The notes under the pieces: model-generated
Told to the model about the DNA's origin: nothing
The model's input: the letters and a program-made list of their open reading frames with translations, nothing else
The model's database searches: none
Made by a program: the position numbers and the translations under genes
In this document: positions 44,346 to 53,491 of the stretch, one piece after another
How positions within the stretch are numbered: position 1 is the stretch's first letter
Layout of the letters: each line of letters opens with the position of its first letter
NCBI GenBank assembly: GCA_005240095.1
Contig: SBAX01000058.1
Coordinates: 1 to 63,979 of the forward strand
Source: Phycisphaera mikurensis
GTDB lineage: Bacteria; Planctomycetota; Phycisphaerae; UBA1845
Direction of reading: 5' to 3'
DNA: 63,979 bases

Positions 44346-44801
44346 CTAGCCGCAGCACTGGCCGTTGCTTTCGTAGTCGGTGATCTTCTGGATGCGGCGA
44401 TCGTGCCGGCCGCCCTCGTAGTCGGTTTGCAGCCAGACGTCGACAACGCGGCGCATGAGGGCCTCCCCAAGGAGGTCGGCGGGAAGGCACAGGACGTTGG
44501 CATTGTTGTGGCGGCGGGACATTTCCGCGGTGAGCTCGTCATGACAGAGGGCGGCACGGATTCCCTTGACTTTGTTGGCGGTCATGGACATCCCGATGCC
44601 CGTGCCGCAGAAGAAAATCCCGCGCTCATCGTCTCCAGAGGCCACGGACGTCGCCCCACGGAGGCTGAAATCCGGGTAGTCGCAACTGTTGGCGCTGTCA
44701 CAGCCGAAGTCGTGGACTTCGTGGCCGGCGGCCTTGAGATAGCTCTTGATCAGCTCCTTGGCATGATAGCCGCGATGGTCACTGCAGACTGCAACCTTCA
44801 T
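44346..44801 (-). CDS. rpiB: Ribose-5-phosphate isomerase B
   Basis: 151 aa. The motif is MKVAVCSDHRGYHAKELIKSYLKAAGHEVHDFG....DYPDF....GIFFCGTGIGMSMTANKVKGIRAA. Confidence 0.9.
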   Translation of the reverse strand: MKVAVCSDHRGYHAKELIKSYLKAAGHEVHDFGCDSANSCDYPDFSLRGATSVASGDDERGIFFCGTGIGMSMTANKVKGIRAALCHDELTAEMSRRHNNANVLCLPADLLGEALMRRVVDVWLQTDYEGGRHDRRIQKITDYESNGQCCG

Positions 44802-45919
44802 ACGACAACCTCCTGCAGGCGAGCGCGAAGTCCCCGCTCGATGGTCAGCGCACCGCGTTCGTAATCCTCGCTCGTGCCCCCCATGGGGTCGGACACATCA
44901 TCGTCGTCCAGGAGCAGGCGGACCTTACTCTCGGACATCGGGGACATTCGCAGAATCGCATCGCGATGAGCACGAGTCATGGCGAAGACGTAGTCGGCCT
45001 GGTGGATCATCTCCGAATTGAGGGCGGTAGACGTATGGCCGGACAGGTCCACGCCGCGCTTGGCCATCACCTCAGCGGCGAAAGGCGACGCCCCCCCGAT
45101 CCCCCCTGATGTACCCGCGGAGACGACCGTGACGCCGCGGTCGGACAGATCTTCAGGTCGACAACCCAGCCGCTCCGCCAGCATGTGCCGGGCCCAATGG
45201 GCCGCCATCGGACTGCGGCACGTATTCCCGCTGCAAACGAAGAGGATTCGTACGGTCGACAATCGGGCTATGCTGCCGCTGTCGTATACCCCTTCGCGAA
45301 TCACCTCGAAGGAACGATCGGTTACCCGCACAATGGTTGAAGGCTTGGCGTATTTGGTGCGTCCGGCATCCACGACGAGATCGATGGCCCCGTCGAGGCG
45401 TTTGAGCACGTCCTCGCCGCTGAGGGGCGCGGGCTCCCCCGCGGGGTTGGCGCTGGCAGCCACGACGGGGGCTTCCACCGTCCGCAGCATTCCCTGGGCG
45501 AGCGGATCGTCCGGGCAACGCAGGCCAATCGTGTTGTCGTAGTAAATCGCGGCTGCAACGGCGCCGTTCCTGCCCTTCATGATGGGCGAGGACTCCGGGT
45601 GTTCCACGTCCAGGATCAGGGTGATCGGACCGGGCCAACCCTTACGCGCCAGCCGGGCGGCCATTCCAGTCAGCTGGGGGACAAACTGTTTGGCATCCTC
45701 GCGGGAAGCGATGTGTACAGTGAAGGCTTTCCCACCTTCGCGAGACTTCACGGCCCGGAGCCGCTCCATCGCACCCGGGTGATCCGCACGGGCGCCAAGG
45801 CCGTACACCGTCTCGGTTGGGAAAGCCACCAGCCCGCCGCCGCGAAGCACTTCGCTGGCCTCGCGGACTGCATCCGTGCAGGGGACCTGCGGGTCCGATT
45901 TGATGACCGTGGTGACCAT
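44798..45919 (-). CDS. Fusion protein: YrdC/TsaC-like threonylcarbamoyl-AMP synthase domain plus low-molecular-weight protein (Tyr/Arg) phosphatase domain
   Basis: ATG at 45919 with GGAG upstream. The N-terminal half has GGLVAFPTETVYGLGA...KSREGGKAFTVHI..(YrdC fold motifs). The C-terminal half has ILFVCSGNTCRSPMA (C-x5-R-S P-loop) and ..DVSDPMGG (DP loop). Confidence 0.8.
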   Translation of the reverse strand: MVTTVIKSDPQVPCTDAVREASEVLRGGGLVAFPTETVYGLGARADHPGAMERLRAVKSREGGKAFTVHIASREDAKQFVPQLTGMAARLARKGWPGPITLILDVEHPESSPIMKGRNGAVAAAIYYDNTIGLRCPDDPLAQGMLRTVEAPVVAASANPAGEPAPLSGEDVLKRLDGAIDLVVDAGRTKYAKPSTIVRVTDRSFEVIREGVYDSGSIARLSTVRILFVCSGNTCRSPMAAHWARHMLAERLGCRPEDLSDRGVTVVSAGTSGGIGGASPFAAEVMAKRGVDLSGHTSTALNSEMIHQADYVFAMTRAHRDAILRMSPMSESKVRLLLDDDDVSDPMGGTSEDYERGALTIERGLRARLQEVVV

Positions 45920-46083
45920 GATCGCGGCTCCAAAGGATAGGGTAGGAGGCTGTCGGAAGGTGTCAAGGTTACATCGACAATGTACGTCGAGCGCGTTAGA
46001 CTCGCCGCAAGTTAGGGCCCCGTTTCCTCTTGCCCGCATGGAGCCTGTTTCCTTAAGAGCGAATCAAGTTAAGGAGTAGAAGC

Positions 46084-49000
46084 GTGATAAACCGCACGGT
46101 CTTCCGGTTGTCGTTTCCCATGGTCATGGCAGGTCTGCTCGTCGTTGGTGGGCGGGCCCATGGAGAGTTTGAGACCCCTATCGCGCTGACCGGTGTCAAG
46201 ATCGTGACCGAGGCCGGCACGACGATCGAATCTGGGACCATCGTCATGGCCGATGGCCGGATCGTGGCTGTCGGGTCAGACGTGACCATCCCGGCCCATG
46301 CCGAGCGCGTGGACGGGACCGGGCTGATCGCCTACCCGGGATTCATCGATGGGCAGTGCCACCTGGGCATCGCGGAGAAGGAGCGCACCAAGGAAGAGCG
46401 GGAGCGGACCGAGGATGTAAGTCCCGATCCACGCGAAGGGCCGCTGGTAGCGACGCGCTTCGCGGAGCGGAAGGGAGTCCGTCCCCAGACGCGGGCCATC
46501 GACCTGTTCACGCCCGACGACAAGCAGCGGGAAGCCCACCGGGCATCAGGGTTCACCGCAGCGTTGATCGCCCCGCGGGATGCGCTTTTCGCAGGGACCA
46601 GCGATCTGGTGAGCCTGGCGGATGCCCCGATCCGGCGGAGCGTGCTCAGCTCTGATGTCGCCCATCACGGCTCTTTCACCATCGGCGAGCAAGGAGAGTA
46701 CCCCCGGACGATCCTGGGGATCTTCGCCCAGTTCCGGCAGGTGTTCCTGGATGCAGTCTGGAACGCCAAGATGCAGAAGTACGCCGAGCGGCACCCCACG
46801 AGTACGGAGCGCGTCCCCACGGACGCGGCACTGGATTCGCTGCAACCGCTGCTGGGGGGGTCGAAACGGATCTTCTTTGAGGCCAACACGGACAACGAGA
46901 TTCGGCGGGCGCTGGACCTGGCCGGGGAATTCAAGCTCAAAGTCGTGATCACCGGCGGCAAGGAGGCGTGGAAGGTGGCGGATCGGCTCAAGGCCGAGCG
47001 TGTGCCGGTGATTCTGAGCTTGAAGTTCGATGAGGAGCCGGAATACGGCAAGAAGAAGAAATCCAAAGGCGAAGGCAAGAAGTCGGAGGATAAGTCGGAG
47101 GTGGCCGCCGAGGAGTCCGGTGACAAGCCGGAAGCCGAATCCAAGGAAGGCGAGAAGAAAAAGGAAGAAAGAATCTACGAGCCGCTGAGGCTGCGCAAGG
47201 AGCGCCGTCGTCTGTGGGAAGAGCAAGTGACCAACGCGGTTCGCCTGCACGAGGCCGGCGTGCCCTTCGCCTTCTCCACACGGAAGTTCAAGTCGCCATC
47301 CGAGTTCATGGAGAGCCTCCGGCTGGTGATCGAGAAGGGGCTTCCTGAGGATGTCGCCGTCCGAGCCCTGACCGACAGCGCCGCGGAGATTCTGCAGGCC
47401 AAGGATCAGATCGGACGGGTCGCGCCGGGCTACCTGGCGGATGTCACGGTGATGACCAAGCCGCTCTCCGACAAGAGCGCTAAGGTCAAATTCGTATTCA
47501 TCGACGGGAAAAAGATCGACATCGAGGCAGAGGACGAGAAGGAAGGCGATAAAGGCGGCAAGGAGGCCAAAGCCGGCGACAAGGACGAGGAGAAGACGGA
47601 AACTGCCGAAGGCGACAAGCCCGCTGACAGCGGCGCGCCCGCGGAGGAAGCCGACAAAGGGCCGGCCTGGGACGTGGAACTGCTGGCCGATCGAATGCCG
47701 AAGACAAAGACGGGCGGCAGCGCCCTGATTCGCAACGCGACGATCATTCCCGTTGTGGGGCAGACAATTCCCAAGGGGTCCATCCTCGTCCGCAACGGCA
47801 AGATCGCCGCCGTCGGGGCAGACCTGACCGCGCCTCCGGACGTAACCGTCATTGATGCGGCCGGCCGATACGTCATGCCGGGCATTGTCGACCCGCATTC
47901 GCATCTGGGAATCGATGGCGTCAACGAATCGCCTCTGGCCATCAGCGCTGAGGTTCGCATCGCCGATACCATCGATCCGCACGACGTGGCCATCTATCGA
48001 GCCGTCGCCGGGGGCGCAACGACGCATCACGCCATGCACGGCTCCGCCAACCCCATCGGCGGGCAGAACGTGATCTTCAAGCTCAAGTACGAGCGGCCGG
48101 TGTCGGAGATGGTCATCGCCGACGCTCCGCGGACGATCAAGTTTGCTTTAGGAGAGAACGTCACCCAGGCGAACTTCTTCGAGAACTTCGGCAAGCGCTA
48201 CCCCAACACACGCATGGGCGTGGAAGCGGTGATCCGCGCCGCGTTTGAGGCCGCCAAGGCGTATCAGGCCGAGTGGGACGAGTGCAACCGGCTGTCGCAG
48301 TCGGGTCAGGATGTTCCGCCACCGCGCCGCGACCTGCGCCTGGAAGCCCTGGCCGATGTCCTCGCCGGCCGAATGACGATCCACAGCCACTGCTACCGGT
48401 CGGAAGAGATCCTGCGTCTGCTGGCCACGTGCGAGGAATATGGCGTGCGCGTCGGCCTGCTGCATCACGTTCTGGAAGGCTATCGCATTTCACCGGAGAT
48501 CGTCCGCCATGGCTGCGGGGCGTCCACGTTCGCCAACGATTGGGCATACAAGGTCGAGGCGTTCCAGGCCATTCCCCACAACGCGGCGCTCATGACCCAG
48601 AACGGCGTCAATGCCTCGCTCAATTCCGATTCGCAGAACACAATTCGCTACCTGGGTCAGGAAGCCGCCAAGACCATCAAATGGGGCGGCTTGGACGAGA
48701 ATCAGGCCTTGCGGCTCGTGACGCTCAATCCCGCGATGCAACTGCAGATCGACGATCGCGTCGGCAGCATCGAAGTCGGCAAAGACGCGGACTTGGCCAT
48801 CTTCAATGGGCATCCCCTCAACACCTTCTCTAAATGCGTGATGACGCTTATTGACGGAGAGGTTTACTTCGAGAACGCCCGCCCGGAGCCTACCGAGCCG
48901 AGTTTCGTGTGGGGTGCGGGTCCATCACAACTGGATCGCACCATCCCGCAGACGCCCCACCGCGCTTATGCCATTGTCGATGCGACGATTCACCCCATCA

Positions 49001-50292
49001 GCGGCCCGGTGATCGACAAGGGGACGGTGGTCATCGTCGAGGACAAGATTCTGGCCGTAGGAGTGAGCGTGGACGTACCGCCCGGCGCGGGCGTGATTCA
49101 AGGGACGGGACTGCACGTGTACCCCGGGCTGATGGATGCCGGCAGCGTGCTGGGCATGACGGAGATAGACTCTCTGCGCACGACGCGGGATTTCAGCGAA
49201 ATCGGCACGTTCAACCCGCACCTCAAGACGGCCAGCGCCGTGCATCCCCACAGCGAGCATATTGCCATCGCCCGGGCGGCAGGAATCACCACGACACTGG
49301 TGAAGCCTTCGGGCAGCCGCATTCAGGGACAAAGCTCGATCGTTCATCTCGACGGCTGGACGGCACCGGAGATGATCCTAGTTGACTCTTTCGGTCTGCA
49401 CATGAGCGTGCCGAGCCTGCCCGTCCGCCTGCCTGAAGACAAGGAAGCGAAGAAGAAGCAGCAGGATGAGCACAAGAAGGCGCTCAAGCATCTGGAAGAG
49501 TACATCGCCAAGGCCAAGCACTACGCAGAGGTCAAGCAACTGGCCAGTGCCGACCCGAAGCTGCGCTTCGATGTGGACCTGACGCTGGAGGCGATGGTCC
49601 CCTATGTGCGCGGCGAAAAGCCGGTGATCTTCGAGGCCGCGACCTACAAGACCATCCTCGACACGCTGGAGTTCGCCGAGAAGCACAAGCTCAAGGCCAT
49701 CCTGAGCGGCGGGCAGGAGGCCTGGAAGGTCGCGGCGCAGCTTAAGGAAAAGGACATTCCCGTCATTCTGAGCACGGTGCTGAGCTATCCGCGCGGGGAG
49801 TATGAGACCTGGGAGTCGGTCTATCGCTGCGCGGCGGAACTCGACCGCGCCGGAGTCCGTTTCTGCTTTGCCTCCGACAGCGCTTCCAGCGCGTATGACC
49901 TGGGGACGATCGCGGGCATGGCCGTCGCCCACGGTTTACCGCGGGAGCGGGCAGAGTATGCTCTGACCCTCGGCGCTGCCCAGATTCTGGGTCTTGCCGA
50001 CCGCATCGGCTCCATCGAGCCAGGCAAGTACGCCGACTTGATCGTGACCACGGATACACCGCTACAGACCGTCGCCCAGGTTACTCACGTGTTCATTGAC
50101 GGACTGCCTCGCGACTTGTCGAACCTGCACACGGAGAACTACCGCAAGTTCAAGAACCGCCCGGCGCCCAACCTCGGTCCTCTGGCCGAGCTTCGCGGGC
50201 CCAAGAGCCTCAGCACCGCAAAGGTGGATGTTGCCCGAGGCGGCTCCGGAGGCGCCGGGTCGCAGTCTAGCGCGTCCGGTCGGGCGCCCTAG
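46084..50292 (+). CDS. Secreted triple amidohydrolase-fold fusion protein (1402 aa)
   Basis: GTG start with a signal-like N-terminus. Three modules each begin with a composite beta-sandwich motif: YPGFIDGQCHLGI, MPGIVDPHSHLGI and YPGLMDAGSVLGM. K/E-rich linkers lie at about aa 320-370 and 475-520. Confidence 0.8.
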   Translation: MINRTVFRLSFPMVMAGLLVVGGRAHGEFETPIALTGVKIVTEAGTTIESGTIVMADGRIVAVGSDVTIPAHAERVDGTGLIAYPGFIDGQCHLGIAEKERTKEERERTEDVSPDPREGPLVATRFAERKGVRPQTRAIDLFTPDDKQREAHRASGFTAALIAPRDALFAGTSDLVSLADAPIRRSVLSSDVAHHGSFTIGEQGEYPRTILGIFAQFRQVFLDAVWNAKMQKYAERHPTSTERVPTDAALDSLQPLLGGSKRIFFEANTDNEIRRALDLAGEFKLKVVITGGKEAWKVADRLKAERVPVILSLKFDEEPEYGKKKKSKGEGKKSEDKSEVAAEESGDKPEAESKEGEKKKEERIYEPLRLRKERRRLWEEQVTNAVRLHEAGVPFAFSTRKFKSPSEFMESLRLVIEKGLPEDVAVRALTDSAAEILQAKDQIGRVAPGYLADVTVMTKPLSDKSAKVKFVFIDGKKIDIEAEDEKEGDKGGKEAKAGDKDEEKTETAEGDKPADSGAPAEEADKGPAWDVELLADRMPKTKTGGSALIRNATIIPVVGQTIPKGSILVRNGKIAAVGADLTAPPDVTVIDAAGRYVMPGIVDPHSHLGIDGVNESPLAISAEVRIADTIDPHDVAIYRAVAGGATTHHAMHGSANPIGGQNVIFKLKYERPVSEMVIADAPRTIKFALGENVTQANFFENFGKRYPNTRMGVEAVIRAAFEAAKAYQAEWDECNRLSQSGQDVPPPRRDLRLEALADVLAGRMTIHSHCYRSEEILRLLATCEEYGVRVGLLHHVLEGYRISPEIVRHGCGASTFANDWAYKVEAFQAIPHNAALMTQNGVNASLNSDSQNTIRYLGQEAAKTIKWGGLDENQALRLVTLNPAMQLQIDDRVGSIEVGKDADLAIFNGHPLNTFSKCVMTLIDGEVYFENARPEPTEPSFVWGAGPSQLDRTIPQTPHRAYAIVDATIHPISGPVIDKGTVVIVEDKILAVGVSVDVPPGAGVIQGTGLHVYPGLMDAGSVLGMTEIDSLRTTRDFSEIGTFNPHLKTASAVHPHSEHIAIARAAGITTTLVKPSGSRIQGQSSIVHLDGWTAPEMILVDSFGLHMSVPSLPVRLPEDKEAKKKQQDEHKKALKHLEEYIAKAKHYAEVKQLASADPKLRFDVDLTLEAMVPYVRGEKPVIFEAATYKTILDTLEFAEKHKLKAILSGGQEAWKVAAQLKEKDIPVILSTVLSYPRGEYETWESVYRCAAELDRAGVRFCFASDSASSAYDLGTIAGMAVAHGLPRERAEYALTLGAAQILGLADRIGSIEPGKYADLIVTTDTPLQTVAQVTHVFIDGLPRDLSNLHTENYRKFKNRPAPNLGPLAELRGPKSLSTAKVDVARGGSGGAGSQSSASGRAP

Positions 50293-50438
50293 CAGGCGCG
50301 AACAGTCGAGAACGGAAGTTCGCGAAGTATTCCATGTGGCCCAAGGATGGCTTAAGGGTAGTTCCCTAATCCAATGTCAATGCAAACTCGCGCGTCGATG
50401 CGTGTCCGTCGGCCAAAAACATTTCCTCAAAATAGGAC

Positions 50439-50467
50439 TTGACAGACGTAAGGGGGGGGCGCATATT
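50439..50467 (+). promoter_or_regulatory. Candidate sigma-70 promoter TTGACA-17-CATATT with a G8 tract in the spacer
   Basis: TTGACA is at 50439-50444, G8 at 50452-50459 and CATATT at 50462-50467. It lies in a locally AT-richer 300-nt intergenic region, about 125 nt upstream of the ATG at 50595 (GGAGG RBS at 50583-87). Confidence 0.45.
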
Positions 50468-50594
50468 GTATCTTGAACTCTTATTTCCGCCGTCGGTGAT
50501 GAGAGAACTCGGATGTTCATAGTTGGTGCAACGGCTTTGCTGCCGCGAGATGCGCGCGGCCTCACACGACCAATAGAAAAGCTGGAGGTTCAAG

Positions 50595-51041
50595 ATGAGA
50601 AAGATCGCCCTTGTCGTCGTGCTCGGAGTCGCTCTGATCGCTGTCGCTGAGAGCGCGGTACGCTGGGTCGGCGTGGAGCCTGCGCCAGCTGTGGTAAACG
50701 CACAGCCTCTCCCACCGCCCCCGGGCGAATGCACTGGGGGAGCTGGTTGCAAGAAACTGGGAGCTGCCCCGCCTGGATGCAGTTACACGCCCTGTTGCGC
50801 TCCGAATCAGCAAACATGTAACGCCATCTCGACGAGCGGCTTTCCTAACCAACATATGGTCGACGCTACATGGCAGGAAGGCAAGTGCCGCAAGCAAGAT
50901 GGAGAACCCGTTGTCATCTGCCAGATTTGGGAGTGCGCTGGAACTACCTGCCCGAACTGCTGGCTCGACGAAACGACGCTGGAAGAGAAAACGAGGGCCA
51001 AGTGGAAGGAATACGGCCCGTGCGCAGCTGCCACAGAATGA
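50595..51041 (+). CDS. Secreted 12-cysteine mini-protein, unknown family
   Basis: 148 aa. It has the signal peptide MRKIALVVVLGVALIAVAES, a Pro-rich stretch AQPLPPPPG, and then 12 Cys. A strong RBS precedes it, and its stop overlaps the next start. Confidence 0.55.
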   Translation: MRKIALVVVLGVALIAVAESAVRWVGVEPAPAVVNAQPLPPPPGECTGGAGCKKLGAAPPGCSYTPCCAPNQQTCNAISTSGFPNQHMVDATWQEGKCRKQDGEPVVICQIWECAGTTCPNCWLDETTLEEKTRAKWKEYGPCAAATE

Positions 51042-52447
51042 AGTGCTTATTCTCGATTCTCGTATTCCTACTTGCGGCAGGCGCCGGTGCGGAGCCGCAG
51101 CGCGCCGACCTACCGCAGCGACTGCGCGGACTTTTGGAAGCGCCCCGCATCGGGACATCCCAGATCGAATGGACGATTTCATGGGCGGAGAGCTGCAATG
51201 CAGGGCTGCGGGAGCGCTTTGTGACACGCTCCTCCGATGAAACGCTCTGGGAGAGCAACCTCGGTGATCAGAACGGAACGCACGCCGCGAGGTGCGTGCG
51301 CCCTGACCCGCAAGATCCCGACGCACTTCCGCAAGCAGTCCCACCGGGTAAGTACGACGTCGGCACTCGATCGCGCATGATCTACGAAGGCGCCGTTTGG
51401 GACCTCCCGTGCGCCGAAAGACCGGATTCCGGTTCCGTCACGCCACGGGAGGCTGCTCGCGTGCGGCTTCCCGTCGATATCCTGACCATTGGTCTGGCGC
51501 CCTGCAAGATCACGGATGAAACAGACGCCAACCCGTTCCGCTTGGAGAACCGCGTATATGAGGAGTTGGCGTCCGGCAAGTTCACCGAAGGATATCAGAA
51601 TGGTTTGCCAACCGTGGCGACGGAATCTCAGGACGGGCACTACCGATTGAAGTGGACATTCGACGATCGCCTTGGTGGGCAACCGGTGAGCGCGGCGCTC
51701 TACGTTGCCGGCGAATTGGTCTTCTCGTCTGAAACGGCGTACCAGGACGCTGATGGTCGTTGGGTACCGAAGTCAACGCGTTTCTATCAACGTGACTCCA
51801 CAGAGCCGTATAAGACGATCGATGTCGAGCGGGCCTCCTTCAACGAGCCCTGGCACGCAAAGGAGATCAACCCAGCCGACATGGGTGCGCTGAACGGCAC
51901 TCAGTTTTCCACGCCCGATGGCACTCAGTTTTGGACTGGTAGCGAGCTGGTTTCGAGTGACGAATTCTGGGAGCTGGTGTGCGTGCACGATGTCATGCCG
52001 GACCCGAAGATCCTAGAACTTCTGTCCAGTGATCTTGGACAGACTGTGGACCAGTATCTGACATATCTCAGCCGTGCAGGCGAACATCTCCGCGAGCAGT
52101 ACCGGCGCAAGCACGATAGCGAGCCGTGGCTCATCAAGTCGACACCAGCCAAACAACAGGACGAGTGGGACACCTATGTCGAGAAGTTCCTGGCCGAGCA
52201 CAAGTTGCCGGAGGCGGGCGTGAAGAGAGCACATGAAATCCTAAAGCAGGCCAAGGCCTTACGCGATGCTCGACGAAGGCAGAACGCTATAGACATTCGG
52301 CAAGCTGAGAAGGAAAACGACCGCCGCAGACTAGATCATTTCGCGGATTTGGAGAAGATGATCTTCGACCGCGTGCTGGTGCGCTCTCTCAAGAAGCTGA
52401 TTCCCTCCCAACAGGGTTCCACACCAGTTCCCGGTGGCAACGATTAG
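51038..52447 (+). CDS. Secreted 469-aa protein, unknown family (beta-rich N-terminal part, charged helical C-terminal part)
   Basis: The ATG at 51038 lies in an ATGA overlap with the upstream stop. The signal peptide is MKCLFSILVFLLAAGAGA. The track ORF upstream of 51038 overlaps the Cys-rich gene out of frame. Confidence 0.55.
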   Translation: MKCLFSILVFLLAAGAGAEPQRADLPQRLRGLLEAPRIGTSQIEWTISWAESCNAGLRERFVTRSSDETLWESNLGDQNGTHAARCVRPDPQDPDALPQAVPPGKYDVGTRSRMIYEGAVWDLPCAERPDSGSVTPREAARVRLPVDILTIGLAPCKITDETDANPFRLENRVYEELASGKFTEGYQNGLPTVATESQDGHYRLKWTFDDRLGGQPVSAALYVAGELVFSSETAYQDADGRWVPKSTRFYQRDSTEPYKTIDVERASFNEPWHAKEINPADMGALNGTQFSTPDGTQFWTGSELVSSDEFWELVCVHDVMPDPKILELLSSDLGQTVDQYLTYLSRAGEHLREQYRRKHDSEPWLIKSTPAKQQDEWDTYVEKFLAEHKLPEAGVKRAHEILKQAKALRDARRRQNAIDIRQAEKENDRRRLDHFADLEKMIFDRVLVRSLKKLIPSQQGSTPVPGGND

Positions 52448-52456
52448 CAACGAAGG

Positions 52457-53491
52457 TCAGCCGCCGTGGCGGGCTTCCAGGTTGAGAGCCAGACTGCGTT
52501 CATTGCGGAGCAGGCCCAAGGCCATGCGTGCACTGGGCTCGATGCGGGTCAGCAGGCGGTGCAGGTCGTCGACTGACGAAACGAGACGCCCGTCCAGCGA
52601 AACGATGACGTCGTCGGGCTGCAGGCCACCCAGCGCCGCGGAACTGCCCGGCTCGACGGACTCGACGCGCACGCCGGACTCGTTGAGCAGGTCCAGCTCT
52701 CGCGCGAGGCGGCAGGGAACTTGCACGGTCGCCGCGGCGATGCCCAGCACGGCGCGGCGCACGCGGCCGTGGGAAATCAGTTCCGTGGTGACCCAGCGGG
52801 CGGTGTTGGAGGGGATGGCGAAGCCGACGCCCTGGGCAAAGGCGATCATGGCCGTGTTCAGTCCGACGATCTGACAGCGGCTGTCGACCAGCGGACCGCC
52901 GGAATTGCCGGGATTGATCGGAGCGGTGTGCTGGATGACGCCGTCGATCAGCCTGCCGCCGATCCCGCGCATGCTCCGCCCCATGGCACTGACGATGCCG
53001 CTGGAAACCGTGGCTTGCAGGCCAAAGGGGCTGCCCATCGCCACGACAAGCTGCCCGACGCGCAGGGCATCGCTGTCGCCCAGCTGCGCCGTGGGCAAGT
53101 CGCGGGCGGAAAGCCGAACTAAGGCCAGGTCAGTCGCCGGGTCGTCGCCGATGAGGCTCGCATCGAGCGTATCGCCTTCGTGGGTCGTCGCGGTGAGCCG
53201 CTCGCGCCCGGACACGACGTGGCTGTTGGTCAGGGCGAATCCATCGGGCGTCAGCAGGACTCCTGAGCCGGAGCCACCGCGCCGCTGCACCCCGCGCGGA
53301 CTCTGGATCGCAATGACGGCGGAGCCAGCCTGCTCGACGACACGAACGACCGTCTTCGAGTACGCGTCAAGAAGATCTTCCGTCGGCGAAGCGGACGGCG
53401 ATGCGGAACACGACGGGGAAACATCGCCGTTCGCAGAAGAATCGTTCAGTGCGCTGATCAGGGCGTCGTATTGCTGTTGTGATGCACGCAT
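52457..53491 (-). CDS. HtrA/DegP-like trypsin-fold serine protease with one PDZ domain (no obvious signal peptide)
   Basis: The catalytic triad contexts are TNSHVV, D..LALVRL and NPGNSGGPLVD. The C-terminal PDZ is (VESVEPGSSAALGGLQPDDVIVSLDG). The N-terminus MRASQQQYDALISALND is not hydrophobic. Confidence 0.85.
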   Translation of the reverse strand: MRASQQQYDALISALNDSSANGDVSPSCSASPSASPTEDLLDAYSKTVVRVVEQAGSAVIAIQSPRGVQRRGGSGSGVLLTPDGFALTNSHVVSGRERLTATTHEGDTLDASLIGDDPATDLALVRLSARDLPTAQLGDSDALRVGQLVVAMGSPFGLQATVSSGIVSAMGRSMRGIGGRLIDGVIQHTAPINPGNSGGPLVDSRCQIVGLNTAMIAFAQGVGFAIPSNTARWVTTELISHGRVRRAVLGIAAATVQVPCRLARELDLLNESGVRVESVEPGSSAALGGLQPDDVIVSLDGRLVSSVDDLHRLLTRIEPSARMALGLLRNERSLALNLEARHGG

